Assembly: GCA_963809545.1 (NCBI GenBank)
Contig: CAWEKD010000004.1
Location: 120,971 to 184,970 of the forward strand
DNA from: an uncultured Actinomycetota bacterium
Lineage (GTDB): Bacteria > Actinomycetota > Actinomycetes > Mycobacteriales > Micromonosporaceae
DNA length: 64,000 nt
Direction of reading: 5' to 3'
This document shows positions 10,277 through 20,438 of the stretch, piece by piece (position 1 is the stretch's first letter; each line of letters starts with the position of its first letter). Made by a program: the position numbers and the translations under genes. The notes beneath the pieces were generated by a model. It saw only the letters and a program-made list of their open reading frames with translations. It searched no databases and was not told the origin of the DNA.

Positions 10277-11152
10277 TCAGTCACTAGAGGCCAGTAGCGT
10301 CTGCAGCTCGGCCGCATTGCGTTGGGCATAGTCGCGGTAGCAGTTGTTCAGTAATGCGTGGGTCTGCTCCGCCTCCCCCGCCAGCCGTCGGATCCGAGAG
10401 GCCCAGTCCGCCAGCTCCTGTTGTGAGTAGCGGTATCCGAATTTTTCATAGATATCCCGGCTGGTCCACTTGCTACTGTGCCCGTGGAGCCGGACCATCG
10501 CTAGCTCACCGGTTACCTCCAACACCGGCGGCACCGATGAGCGGTGCCCCTGCGGCATGTCCACACATACATACGGCAATTGGTGGGCCCGCAGGAACTC
10601 CAGCGTTTCTCGCTGGTTATCCCCAGCGAACCAAGAGGAGTGCCGCAGCTCCACCGCTACCGGGAGTGGCCGGCAGCGGGCGGCCACCTCCAACAAGTAC
10701 TGCTTGTTGTCTTTCCGGATGGTAAACCAGGGCGGGAACTGAAACAGAATCGCCCCCAGCTTGCCGGCCTCGGCCAGTGGCTCCAGTGCAGACAGAAATC
10801 GAGACCACACCTCCTCATACGCCTGCGCGGGTAGATCCTTGGGGTACAGATGCCGTTTGTCAGTGTCCGGGCGCAGATCGGCGTAAAGCGCCTCCGGCCG
10901 GGTCGGGTGCCCCGTCAGCAGGCTGAACGCCTTGACGTTGAAAGTGAACTCGTCTGGAGTGCGATCTGTCCACAGTGCCACTGTCCGTTCGGCTGGAGGG
11001 GCATAGTATGTGGAATCCACCTCGACCAATGGAAATTGGCTGGCGTAATACGCCAACCGACGCGCCGGATTGTCCGCGCTCGGGGGGTACCATCCGGATG
11101 CCAGTAGCGTCCGGTCGGTCCAGGATGCGGTGCCGACCTTGATCTCTCCCAT
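10277..11152 (-). CDS. DUF72 (YecE-like) family protein
   Basis: ORF 10277..11428 trimmed to ATG at 11152 (MGEIKVGTASWTD...YYA...LFQFPPWF), classic DUF72 motifs. Confidence 0.8.
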   Translation of the reverse strand: MGEIKVGTASWTDRTLLASGWYPPSADNPARRLAYYASQFPLVEVDSTYYAPPAERTVALWTDRTPDEFTFNVKAFSLLTGHPTRPEALYADLRPDTDKRHLYPKDLPAQAYEEVWSRFLSALEPLAEAGKLGAILFQFPPWFTIRKDNKQYLLEVAARCRPLPVAVELRHSSWFAGDNQRETLEFLRAHQLPYVCVDMPQGHRSSVPPVLEVTGELAMVRLHGHSSKWTSRDIYEKFGYRYSQQELADWASRIRRLAGEAEQTHALLNNCYRDYAQRNAAELQTLLASSD

Positions 11153-11169
11153 GGTCCCCCCAAGAGCGC

Positions 11170-11922
11170 TCAGCCGACTGCGGCCATCACCTCGTCGGAC
11201 ACGTCGAAGTTGGCGTAGACGTTCTGCACGTCGTCGCAGTCCTCCAGCGCCTCGATCAACCGGAAGACCTTCCGCGCGCCCTCTTCGTCCAACGGCACGC
11301 TCACCGACGGCATGAACGAGGTCTCGGCGGAGTCGTAGTCGATACCCGCGCTCTGCAGCGCCGACCGCACCGCCACCAGGTCGCCGGGCTCGCTCACCAC
11401 TTCGAACGCCTCCCCGAGGTCGTTGCACTCCTCGGCACCGGCGTCGAGCACCGCCCCCAACACATCGTCCTCAGTCAGCCCATCGGCCTTGGGAACCAGC
11501 ACCACGCCCTTGCGCTGGAACAGGTAGGACACGCTGCCGGCATCGGCCAGCGACCCCCCGTTGCGGGTCAGGGCGGTGCGCACCTCGGTGGCGGCCCGGT
11601 TCCGATTGTCGGTCAGGCACTCAATCAGCAGCGCCACCCCGCCCGGGGCGTACCCCTCGTACATGATCGTTTCCCAGTCGGCACCCCCGCTCTCCTGACC
11701 GGAGCCGCGCCGAACTGCCCGTTCGATGTTCTCGTTGGGTACCGAATTCTTCTTGGCCTTCTGGATCGCGTCGTCGAGGGTGGGGTTGGCGGCTGGGTCG
11801 CCGCCGCCGATGCGCGCCGCGACCTCGATGTTCTTGATCAGCCGGGCGAACAGCTTGCCGCGCTTAGCGTCGACCGCTGCCTTCCGGTGCTTGGTCGTGG
11901 CCCACTTGGAATGGCCAGCCAT
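11170..11922 (-). CDS. yebC: YebC/PmpR family DNA-binding transcriptional regulator
   Basis: 250 aa, [37 protein letters not shown] is near-invariant in YebC. Confidence 0.95.
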   Translation of the reverse strand: MAGHSKWATTKHRKAAVDAKRGKLFARLIKNIEVAARIGGGDPAANPTLDDAIQKAKKNSVPNENIERAVRRGSGQESGGADWETIMYEGYAPGGVALLIECLTDNRNRAATEVRTALTRNGGSLADAGSVSYLFQRKGVVLVPKADGLTEDDVLGAVLDAGAEECNDLGEAFEVVSEPGDLVAVRSALQSAGIDYDSAETSFMPSVSVPLDEEGARKVFRLIEALEDCDDVQNVYANFDVSDEVMAAVG

Positions 11923-11928
11923 GTATGC

Positions 11929-12549
11929 CTATCCCTCCGTTACCGCCGCCGCCCGCACCAGCTCCAGGAACGACCGATGCACCCGAAGATCACCAGTGAG
12001 CTCCGGATGGAAGGAGGTCGCGAGCAGGCGGTCCTGACGTACCGCCACAATCCTACCGGCGGTGCGGCCAAGCACCGTCACACCGGGACCCACCCGTTCT
12101 ACCCCGGGGGCCCGGATGAACACCGCCGGCACGGACCCAATTCCCGCCAATTCAATGGCGGTCTCGAATGAATCCGCCTGTCGACCGAACGCATTCCGCC
12201 GCACCACCATGTCGATACCGCCGAACGACTCCTGGTCCGGCCTCCCGTCCAGGATCTGACGGGCGAGCATGACCATCCCCGCGCAGGAGCCGTACGTAGG
12301 CATCCCCTGGCGAATCCGGCGCCGGATCGGCTCCAGCAACCCGAACTCCGCGGCGAGCGCGCCGATGGTGGTGGACTCCCCGCCGGGAATCACCAGCCCC
12401 GCCACCTCGGCCAGCTCCGCTGGGCGGCGTACCGGCCGGGCGATGGCCCCGCATGCGGTCAGCATCCGCAGGTGCTCGCGCACATCCCCCTGCAGCGCGA
12501 GCACCCCCACCAGCGGGGCCGCCGCCCGGCCCGACGTCGGTCGGCTCAC
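11929..12549 (-). CDS. pdxT: Pyridoxal 5'-phosphate synthase glutaminase subunit PdxT
   Basis: 206 aa, [13 protein letters not shown]...VIPGGESTT motifs; 4-nt overlap with pdxS. Confidence 0.93.
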   Translation of the reverse strand: MSRPTSGRAAAPLVGVLALQGDVREHLRMLTACGAIARPVRRPAELAEVAGLVIPGGESTTIGALAAEFGLLEPIRRRIRQGMPTYGSCAGMVMLARQILDGRPDQESFGGIDMVVRRNAFGRQADSFETAIELAGIGSVPAVFIRAPGVERVGPGVTVLGRTAGRIVAVRQDRLLATSFHPELTGDLRVHRSFLELVRAAAVTEG

Positions 12550-13496
12550 CAGCCCCGTTCAGCCAGCCGGTGCGGCTGCGGGATCTCCTCCACGTTGATC
12601 CCCACCATCGCCTCCCCGAGCCCCCGGGAGACCTTCGCCAGCACATCCGGGTCGTCGTGGAAGGCGGTCGCCTTGACGATCGCCGCTGCCCGCTTGGCCG
12701 GGTCGCCGGACTTGAAGATGCCGGAGCCGACGAACACGCCCTCGGCCCCCAGCTGCATCATCATGGCCGCGTCCGCGGGCGTGGCGATCCCGCCGGCGGT
12801 GAACAGCGTCACCGGCAGCTTCCCGGTCTCGGCCACCTCCTTGACCAGCTCGTACGGGGCCTGCAGCTCCTTGGCCGCCACGTACAGCTCGTCCGGCGGG
12901 AGCGCGGACAGTCGCGCGATCTCGGAGCGGATCTTCCGCATGTGGGTGGTGGCGTTGGATACGTCCCCGGTGCCGGCTTCGCCCTTGGAACGGATCATGG
13001 CGGCGCCCTCAGCGATCCGGCGCAAGGCCTCGCCCAGGTTGGTCGCCCCGCACACGAACGGCACCGTAAACGCCCACTTGTCGATGTGGTGGGTGTAATC
13101 GGCCGGGGTGAGTACTTCGGACTCGTCGATGAAGTCCACGCCGAGCGCCTGCAGGATCTGGGCCTCGACGAAGTGACCGATCCGTACCTTGGCCATCACC
13201 GGGATGGAGACGGCGTTCATGATCGCCTCGATCAGGTCCGGGTCGCTCATCCGAGCCACCCCGCCCTGGGCGCGGATGTCGGCCGGCACCCGTTCCAGGG
13301 CCATCACCGCCACCGCTCCGGCATCCTCGGCGATCTTGGCCTGTTCGGGGGTCACCACGTCCATGATCACGCCGCCCTTGAGCATGTCCGCCATGCCCCG
13401 CTTGACGCGGGCGGTACCGACCGCGGGGGTGGCGGCGGCGTCGGTGGCGGCCGAGCCAGTCGAGGCCGAGGTCGACGAACTCACAGTGTCGGGCAC
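12546..13496 (-). CDS. pdxS: Pyridoxal 5'-phosphate synthase lyase subunit PdxS
   Basis: 316 aa, [38 protein letters not shown] is the PdxS/SNZ signature. Confidence 0.95.
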   Translation of the reverse strand: MPDTVSSSTSASTGSAATDAAATPAVGTARVKRGMADMLKGGVIMDVVTPEQAKIAEDAGAVAVMALERVPADIRAQGGVARMSDPDLIEAIMNAVSIPVMAKVRIGHFVEAQILQALGVDFIDESEVLTPADYTHHIDKWAFTVPFVCGATNLGEALRRIAEGAAMIRSKGEAGTGDVSNATTHMRKIRSEIARLSALPPDELYVAAKELQAPYELVKEVAETGKLPVTLFTAGGIATPADAAMMMQLGAEGVFVGSGIFKSGDPAKRAAAIVKATAFHDDPDVLAKVSRGLGEAMVGINVEEIPQPHRLAERGW

Positions 13497-13587
13497 GGTG
13501 CACTTCTCCTTCGTGCGCGGGATGTGTCATCCATGGTACGCACTGACCCGATCAGGGTCACAGGTGATGATCATCATCCACCGTTGG

Positions 13588-14166
13588 CTATCCGCCGACG
13601 GACTGGTCCACCGGCGCCGGCTGATGCGGATCCACCAGCGAGGGATCGTCGATGTCAAAATACGCCGGCTCCGGGTGACGCCGGGCCAGCCGCAGCATCC
13701 GCACCAGTGGGCGGCCCCGGAGCGCCCGTGCGTCCCGCACCAGGTCGGTGTGCACCTGCCGGGCCAGTCCTACCCGCCGGCTGGCGGTGACCACCGCCTG
13801 CCACCGGGTCATGACCGGCTCCTCGGCGACCATCCGGGCCGGCAGCCGGCGCAGCGCCCGCGTCAGGTCGTTCTCCGCGATCTCCCGGTCGGCCGGGGTG
13901 GCGTCCAAGGCCGCCCGAGCCGCGGCGTACAGGTCGCCGGCCGGCACCGGCTGCTGCGGCGCCAACTCCTCGGCCAGCACCGCCGCTGCCGCCGCCCGCC
14001 GCACCAGCGCCGCGTCCAGCGCCGCCGAGGCCGTAGCCGCCCGCCGGTGCAGTCGGTCCACCCGGCTACCCAACCAGGTGAAGTAGGCGGCTGCCAGGAA
14101 CACCACGATCGCAGCCGACACCCACCACCACATGACGGGCATCGTAACCACGCCGCGCTGCCCCAC
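13588..14166 (-). CDS. Hypothetical membrane-anchored protein (single N-terminal TM, Ala/Arg-rich helical body)
   Basis: 192 aa ORF with WWWVSAAIVVFLAAAYFTW helix. Alternative ATG starts at 14142 and 14133. Conserved position between pimA and pdxS. Confidence 0.5.
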   Translation of the reverse strand: MGQRGVVTMPVMWWWVSAAIVVFLAAAYFTWLGSRVDRLHRRAATASAALDAALVRRAAAAAVLAEELAPQQPVPAGDLYAAARAALDATPADREIAENDLTRALRRLPARMVAEEPVMTRWQAVVTASRRVGLARQVHTDLVRDARALRGRPLVRMLRLARRHPEPAYFDIDDPSLVDPHQPAPVDQSVGG

Positions 14167-14200
14167 AGGTCAGACGGACCGGCGAGACCGCCCTGGCCCT

Positions 14201-15364
14201 TCAGCCCACGAGCGGCGGATCGCCCCGCTCCTCGTCGACCACCCGGCCCCCGCTGGCCTCGATCGCGCTCACGTACACCTCCAACACCCGGGCGGCGACC
14301 ACCGGCCAGTCGTAGGTCGCCACCACCTGGCTGGCCCGGGCCGCCATCGCGGCCCGGGTGGCGGGGTCGTCCAGCAGTGAGCCGGCCAGTTCGGCCAGCG
14401 CCTCGGCGTCGCCGGCCGGAAACAACGCCCCGGAGCCACCGAGCACCCGCCGAAACGCGTCCAGGTCAGTGGCCACGACCGGGGTACCCGCCGCCATCGC
14501 CTCAGTCAGGATCATCCCGAACGACTCCCCACCCAGGTTGGGCGCTACGTAGAGGTGGACGCTCCGGAGCATCCGCGCCTTGTCGGCTTCACTGACCCGG
14601 CCCAGGAAAGTGATCTGGTCCCGCAACGGCGGCGGCACCTCCGCCAGCGCCCCGGCGGCCTCCCCCGGACCGGCCACCAGCAGCCGCAGCCCCGGCCGCT
14701 GCTGCGCCAACCGGACGAACGCCTCCCGCAGCACCCCGAACCCCTTCCGAGGCTCGTCGAACCGGCCGAGGAAGCCGAGCGCGCCGCCGTACCCGGAGCC
14801 GCACTCCCCTGGCCAGCCGGGCAGCGGCTCGGCCCGGACGTACCGCGCCACATCCACCCCGTTGGGGATCTCCACCGCGCCCCCACCCAGGTGCTCCACC
14901 TGGACCCGGCGGGCCAGGGCACTGACCGCGATCCGGGCGGTGATCCGCTCCAGCACCAGCTGCAGCGCGCCCTGCGCGGCGGCCATCGCCCGGGAACGGG
15001 TCATCGCGGTGTGGAAGGTGGCCACCACCGGGCCGCGGGCGGCGAACACCGCCAGCATCGACAGGCTGGGGCTGAACGGCTCGTGCACGTGCAGCACGTC
15101 GAACTGCCCCGCGCGCAGCCACCGGCGTACCCGGGCCGCGGAGAGCGGACCGAACGTCAGCCGGGCCACCGAGCCGTTGTACCGCACCGGCACCGCCCGA
15201 CCGGCCGCCACCACGTACGGCGGCAACTCCGCCTCTTCGTCGGCCGGGGCCAGCACACTCACCTCATGGCCGAGCCCGATCAGCGCCTCGGCCAGCTCCT
15301 GGACGTGGTTCTGCACCCCGCCGGGCACATCCAGCGAGTACGGGCAGACCAGACCGATGCGCAT
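14201..15364 (-). CDS. pimA: Phosphatidyl-myo-inositol alpha-mannosyltransferase (GT4)
   Basis: 387 aa, MRIGLVCPYSLDVPGGVQNHV...; C-terminal GT4 EX7E-type region (ESFGMILTEAMAAGTPVVATD). Sits downstream of pgsA and the acyltransferase as in mycobacteria. Confidence 0.9.
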   Translation of the reverse strand: MRIGLVCPYSLDVPGGVQNHVQELAEALIGLGHEVSVLAPADEEAELPPYVVAAGRAVPVRYNGSVARLTFGPLSAARVRRWLRAGQFDVLHVHEPFSPSLSMLAVFAARGPVVATFHTAMTRSRAMAAAQGALQLVLERITARIAVSALARRVQVEHLGGGAVEIPNGVDVARYVRAEPLPGWPGECGSGYGGALGFLGRFDEPRKGFGVLREAFVRLAQQRPGLRLLVAGPGEAAGALAEVPPPLRDQITFLGRVSEADKARMLRSVHLYVAPNLGGESFGMILTEAMAAGTPVVATDLDAFRRVLGGSGALFPAGDAEALAELAGSLLDDPATRAAMAARASQVVATYDWPVVAARVLEVYVSAIEASGGRVVDEERGDPPLVG

Positions 15365-15379
15365 CGCCAGCGCCTTTCG

Positions 15380-16303
15380 TCAACTCGGTAACGTCGGGTC
15401 GGCGTCCCCCGGCGGCCGATGGCGGGCGAATCCAGCCAGACCCGCTGCAGCATGTGCCAGTCCACCGGATGGGCGGCGATCCCCGCGGCGAACTCGTCGG
15501 CCAACCGCTGGGTCAGCACCCGCACCCGCTCTTCCATCGACCCCTGCTGCGGCACGGAAGCGGGCCCCGCAGCCGGCACAGGCGGCATCCGCCTCGTACC
15601 ACATCTCTACCGCGAACAGCGGCGCCGCGGTACGCAGCGCCAAAAGCGCTGGACCGGCCGGCATCCGGGCCCGGGCACCGAAGAACTCCACGTCGATCCC
15701 CCGCGCCGACAAGTCCCGGTCCGCCAGCAACGCCACGATGTGGGCCTTGTCCAGCGCCTCCACCAGGAGCTCCAGCGGCGTTCGCTGCCCGCCGGTGGTC
15801 GGAATGATCCGCATCCCGAGACCCTCCCGGAAGGCCACAAACCGCTCATACAGGCTCTCTGGTCGGAGCCGCTCCGCCACGGTGGTCAACGGCCAGCCCT
15901 GGCGGCCGCCCACGCCCCGGCCGAGTCCCAGTTGCCCGCGTGCGGCAGCGCCACGATCACGCCGTTGCCGGCCTGCACCGCTGCCCGCAGCAGCTCGCTC
16001 GTTCTCCAGCCGGAAACCGCTGTTGGATCTGCTCCGGGTCAGGGTCGGGAGGCGAAACGCCTCCATCCAGTAGCGGGCGTACGACCGCATCCCGGCCCGC
16101 ACCAGGCGGCGTAGCTGCGGCTCCGGCAGCTCCGGACCCACCACCTGCCGCAGGTTGCCCGCCAGCCGCCGCACCCCCCGCCCTTTGCGCAGGTAGGCCA
16201 GGTCCGCGGCGGCGGTGAACACGGCGCGGGCCACCGGCAACGGCAACGCCCGCACCAGCCGCCAGCCGGCCGCGTAGCCGAGCTCGGCGAGCCGCTCCTT
16301 CAC
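15380..16303 (-). pseudogene. Phosphatidylinositol mannoside acyltransferase (PatA/HtrB-LpxL family) with internal frame changes (real or assembly error)
   Basis: The 307 aa ORF stays open. The acyltransferase HX4D block ELLRAAVQAGNGVIVALPHAGNWDSAGAWAAA is encoded only in another frame (about 15901..15997). The conserved C-terminus MEERVRVLTQRLADEFAAGIAAHPVDWHMLQRVWLD sits in the frame of ORF 15280..15588. Confidence 0.7.
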
Positions 16304-16942
16304 CGCTCACCTCCGGTCGACTCGGGTCGACCGGACTGCCGGTCGGCCCGGTACACATGCCCTACCCGCTGACCCACGGTGATCACGGACAGCACCGCCA
16401 GCAGCCACAGCGCCGCCGGTAGTGCCCACGCCACGCCGACGCCGGTCAGCCAACGCCCCCACGCCGATCAACACCAGCCGCTCGCCCCGTTCGGCGATCC
16501 CGACCTCACACTCGAACCCCAGACTCTGCGCCCGGGCCTTGACGTAGGAGATCACCTGGGCGGCCACCAGACAGACCAGCGCGACCGCCATGGTCACGGA
16601 CTGGCCGGTGGTGGCGTACCAGAACGCCACCGATCCGAAGATGGCCCCGTCGGCGATCCGATCCATGGTGGAGTCCAGCAGCGCGCCAAACCGGGTGCTG
16701 TAGCCCCGGGCCCGGGCCATGGCCCCGTCGATCATGTCGATCGGCGCGAATGCGACCACGATCGCCACCGCGATCAGGAACTGGCCCCGAGCGCCAAACC
16801 CGAGCGCGCCGACCAGCACCCCTACCGTGCCCAGCACGGTCACCACGTCCGGGGAGATCCCCACCCGCAGCAGCCCTCGGGCCACCGGGTCCACGAACCG
16901 GGCCAGCCCCACCCGGGCCGCGCCGCTGAAGATCTTCGCCAT
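16300..16942 (-). pseudogene. pgsA: CDP-alcohol phosphatidyltransferase / phosphatidylinositol phosphate synthase, apparent 1-nt frameshift
   Basis: ATG at 16942 (MAKIFSGAARVGLARFVDP...DGAMAR...DSTMDRIADG CDP-OH-transferase motif). After LVLIGVG the listed frame becomes Arg/Gly junk. The +1 frame reads LTGVGVAWALPAALWLLAVLSVITVGQRVGHVYRADRQ... and stops in a GTGA overlap with the next gene at 16300. Confidence 0.72.
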
Positions 16943-17111
16943 GGCCTCCTCACGATAGTGCGGACGTGGATCGATGCCTGTGCCGGGTTGTGCTCCTGGC
17001 CGGACGGGTGTGGGATCGATACCTGGGGTTACGGACCGGTTGACCGGTGACGGACCACCGCGCGCCGCGTCAGCCGGCTGGCACCCGTAGGCCAGCCTAG
17101 GAGGTGGCGCA

Positions 17112-19262
17112 ATGGCGCAGAAGAACCAGGACAAGGTAGGCACCGGCCCCGCGTCGATCGTCACCGGGCCCGACCAGATCCGCAACGTCGCGCTGGTAGG
17201 GGCCACGGGGGTCGGCAAAACCACACTCATGGAGGCCCTGCTCGCCGCGACCGGCACGATCGACCGGGCCGGCTCGGTGGCGGAAGGTACGACCGTAGGC
17301 GACCACGACCCGGTCGCAGTCCGGCAGCAGCGCTCGATCGGGCTCACCGTGGCCACGCTGCTCCACTCTGGGATCAAAGTCAACCTATTGGACACTCCCG
17401 GCTACGCCGATTTTCTCGGTGAGGTCCGGGCCGGGCTACGGGCCGCCGACGGCGTCTTGTTCGTGGTCTCGGCGGTGACCGGGGTGGACGAGGCCACCGC
17501 CAGCCTGTGGCGGGAGTGCGCGCGCGCCGGGCTGCCCCGGGTGGTGGTGGTCTCCCGGCTGGATCACCCGCGCGCGGATGTGGCCGCCACCGTGGCCGCC
17601 TGCCGCTCCGCGTTCGGCGACGGGGTGCTGCCGCTGTACCTGCCGTTGGCCGAGGGCGACACCCCGGCGACCAGTCTGCTCGGTCTGATCAGCCAGCGGG
17701 TGTACGACCACGCCGGCGGCCACCCCCCGACGGCGCGGGAGCCGGAGCCGCCGCAGCAGCCGGCGCTCGAGTCGGCCCGGGCCGAGCTGATCGAGGGCAT
17801 CATCTCGGAGAGTGAGGACGAGACCCTGCTGGAGCGCTATCTGGCGGGGGAACCGCTGTCCGAGGCGGAGCTGATCGCTGATCTGGAGACCGCGATCGCG
17901 CGCGGCACGTTCCATCCAGCGATCCCCGTCTGCGCGCCGGCCCAGGTCGGTCTGGCCGCCCTCTTGGAGGTGATCACCCGAGCGTTCCCCGCGCCGACCG
18001 GGCGCCCGCTGCCGCCGGTGACCGGATTGGACGGCTCACCCCGGGAGGCGCTGACCGCGGACCCGGCGGGCCCGCTGGTGGCTCAGATCGTCCGCACCAC
18101 CCTGGACCCGTACGTGGGTCGGGTTTCCCTGGTCCGGGTGTTCTCCGGCACCCTGCGCCCGGACAGCACCGTCCACATCGCCGGCTCCGACCCACACGAC
18201 GGCAGCAGCCACGACGCGGTCGAGCGCCTGGCCCACCTCTACTCACCGCGGGGCGCCACCTTGCAGGAGGTGGCGGAGTGTCCGGCCGGTGATCTATGCG
18301 CGATCACCAAATCGACCCACGGCCGCACCGGCGACACCCTGTCGGTCAAGGAGGACCCGCTCCTGGTAGCGGGGTGGGAGGTGCCGGAACCGCTGCTGCC
18401 GGTGGCGGTGGTAGCGCGCTCCCGGGCCGCCGAGGATGCGCTGGCCAAGAATCTCGGACGGCTGGTGGCCGCCGATCCGACGCTGCGGCTGGAGCGCAAT
18501 GTGGAGACCCATCAGCAGGTGCTGTGGTGTACCGGGGAGGCGCACGCCGACCTGGTGTTGGAGCGGCTGCGGGCCAGTGGGGCCGAGGTGGACACCGAAC
18601 CGGTCCGGGTGGCGCTGCGGGAAACGTTCACCACCACCGCCACCGGTCACGGCCGCCATGTCAAGCAGTCCGGCGGACACGGCCAGTACGCCATCTGTGA
18701 CGTCCGGGTGGAGCCGCTCCCCCGGGGAGCCGGCTACCAGTTCGATTCGGAGGTGGTCGGCGGGGCGGTGCCCACCCACTACCTCCCGTCGGTGGACAAA
18801 GGCGTCCGGGCGCAGATGGAGAAGGGGCTGCTCGCCGGCTATCCGGTCGTGGACATCCGCGTGGTGGTGTTCGATGGTAAGGCCCACAGCGTGGACTCTT
18901 CGGATGCGGCGTTCCAGACCGCGGGGGCGCTGGCGCTGAAAGCGGCCGCGGCCAGTGGTCAACTCACCCTGTTGGAGCCGGTGGACGAGGTCAGGGTCCG
19001 GGTGCCGGACAGCTACGTCGGCGCGGTGCTCAGCGACCTGTCCGGTCGGCGGGGTCGGGTGCTGGGCACCGAGCCGGACCCGGCCCACCACGGCCACACC
19101 CTGATCCGCGCGGAAGTGCCTCAGCGGGAGCTGCTCCACTACCTCGTGGCGCTGCGGGCGATCACCTCCGGCGCCGGCACCTTCACCCGGTCTTTTGTCA
19201 GATACGAAGCAATGCCGCCCCAGGTGGTCGCGGAGGTCCAGCAGGAGCATGCGATGGCGTAA
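17112..19262 (+). CDS. Elongation factor G-like GTPase (EF-G2 type)
   Basis: 716 aa, G1 motif GATGVGKTTL, DTPGYADF (G3). EF-G domain IV/V-like C-terminus. AGGAGGTGG SD 6 nt upstream of ATG. Confidence 0.85.
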   Translation: MAQKNQDKVGTGPASIVTGPDQIRNVALVGATGVGKTTLMEALLAATGTIDRAGSVAEGTTVGDHDPVAVRQQRSIGLTVATLLHSGIKVNLLDTPGYADFLGEVRAGLRAADGVLFVVSAVTGVDEATASLWRECARAGLPRVVVVSRLDHPRADVAATVAACRSAFGDGVLPLYLPLAEGDTPATSLLGLISQRVYDHAGGHPPTAREPEPPQQPALESARAELIEGIISESEDETLLERYLAGEPLSEAELIADLETAIARGTFHPAIPVCAPAQVGLAALLEVITRAFPAPTGRPLPPVTGLDGSPREALTADPAGPLVAQIVRTTLDPYVGRVSLVRVFSGTLRPDSTVHIAGSDPHDGSSHDAVERLAHLYSPRGATLQEVAECPAGDLCAITKSTHGRTGDTLSVKEDPLLVAGWEVPEPLLPVAVVARSRAAEDALAKNLGRLVAADPTLRLERNVETHQQVLWCTGEAHADLVLERLRASGAEVDTEPVRVALRETFTTTATGHGRHVKQSGGHGQYAICDVRVEPLPRGAGYQFDSEVVGGAVPTHYLPSVDKGVRAQMEKGLLAGYPVVDIRVVVFDGKAHSVDSSDAAFQTAGALALKAAAASGQLTLLEPVDEVRVRVPDSYVGAVLSDLSGRRGRVLGTEPDPAHHGHTLIRAEVPQRELLHYLVALRAITSGAGTFTRSFVRYEAMPPQVVAEVQQEHAMA

Positions 19263-19271
19263 CCGGAGCGC

Positions 19272-19523
19272 TCAGTTCGGCCAGCTGCCGGTCAACCGGC
19301 GCATCCCCTGCGCACCGGCCCGGTCCACCGCCGCCTTCACCAGCGCGAACAGCGCCCCCTGCAGCGCCGCGGCGAGCAGCACCTCTCCCCAGCCGCGGTC
19401 TTCCTCCTGCGCCTGCGGGGGGCGCTCCTGGCCGGTGGCGGTGGTCCAGAGCCGCTGGAATACCGCGTTGGCCACCAGTCCGGCGGCCGCGCCGAGGAGC
19501 AGACCGACCGGTTTGTAGGCCAT
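19272..19523 (-). CDS. DUF4235-like small membrane protein
   Basis: ORF trimmed to ATG at 19523: MAYKPVGLLLGAAAGLVANAVFQRLW...DRGWGEVLLAAALQGALFALVKAAVDRAG, matching my recollection of DUF4235. Confidence 0.6.
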   Translation of the reverse strand: MAYKPVGLLLGAAAGLVANAVFQRLWTTATGQERPPQAQEEDRGWGEVLLAAALQGALFALVKAAVDRAGAQGMRRLTGSWPN

Positions 19524-19534
19524 TTGGCGAGTGT

Positions 19535-19795
19535 TCACGAGCGCCTCCGACGGATCAGGATCGTGATCAGCGCGACCGCGGCGGCGGAGGCCGCCACCAC
19601 CAGCCACGGGGTGCCGGTGCCGCCCGCTTCCCGCATCCGGGCCGCGGTGCGCCGGGCGGTGGCCCGCGCCCGGGCCGGTACGTCGACCCGGGCGGCCAGT
19701 TCCTGCACCGTCTGCGCCAGCTCCTGGCGGGTCTGCGTGATCTCCTCCCGCAGCGCCGCCGGATCGGTGGTCTGATTCGGATTCGCTGCGGTCAT
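19535..19795 (-). CDS. DUF3618-like protein (coiled coil plus C-terminal TM anchor)
   Basis: 86 aa, DPAALREEITQTRQELAQTVQELAARVDVPARA then hydrophobic tail WLVVAASAAAVALITILI. Confidence 0.6.
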   Translation of the reverse strand: MTAANPNQTTDPAALREEITQTRQELAQTVQELAARVDVPARARATARRTAARMREAGGTGTPWLVVAASAAAVALITILIRRRRS

Positions 19796-20310
19796 GGCCT
19801 CTCCTCGGATGCGCCGTTGCTCCGGTGCTCACCCCGATGCCGCACCCCGGTGGTCACGGCGTCGATGTCCTCCCGGAGACTGCGGCTGCGCTCATCCAGC
19901 ATCGGAGGCATCGCTTCCTGCACCCGATTGCGGCCGATCAGCGCCGCGATCCCGGCCACGATGAACAGCGCCACCGTGACGATCAATGCCGCCACCCAGG
20001 CCGGCATCACTTCCGCCAGCAGCAGGATCACGGTCGCCACCAGCGCCCCACCGCCGTACAACGCGATGAGTGCCCCACCGCCGAGGAAGCCGGCTCCCTT
20101 GCCGGCCTGCCGTCCCCGCTCGGCCAGTTCGATCTTTGCCAGGGTGAACTCGTCCCGGATCAGTCGGGACAGCTGCTCGGTGGCCTGCTGTACCAGGCGA
20201 GGGGTGGATTCCTCCTCCACCGGCCGAGTCGGTTCCCCCAGCACCGGACGCGGTGAGGCGGTCGGTCGGGTATCCGTACGGGTCGGGCCGCCGTTCGCCA
20301 ATTCGGACAT
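19792..20310 (-). CDS. Actinobacterial holin-X / phage holin family (superfamily III)-like membrane protein
   Basis: ORF trimmed to ATG at 20310 (MSELANGG...). ATEQLSRLIRDEFTLAKIELAERGRQAGKGAGFLGGGALIALYGG followed by a second TM helix. Confidence 0.6.
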   Translation of the reverse strand: MSELANGGPTRTDTRPTASPRPVLGEPTRPVEEESTPRLVQQATEQLSRLIRDEFTLAKIELAERGRQAGKGAGFLGGGALIALYGGGALVATVILLLAEVMPAWVAALIVTVALFIVAGIAALIGRNRVQEAMPPMLDERSRSLREDIDAVTTGVRHRGEHRSNGASEERP

Positions 20311-20438
20311 GGTTACCTCCTCGTCGGCTCGTCCGAGTGGTACCCGGTGGACCGGGCAGTCATACCTGGCTGGTCCGCCCGGCGCGGGTGGAGAAATCCA
20401 CGGGTGTGTCCACCGACCGGGTGGGGTATCGCATCGGT

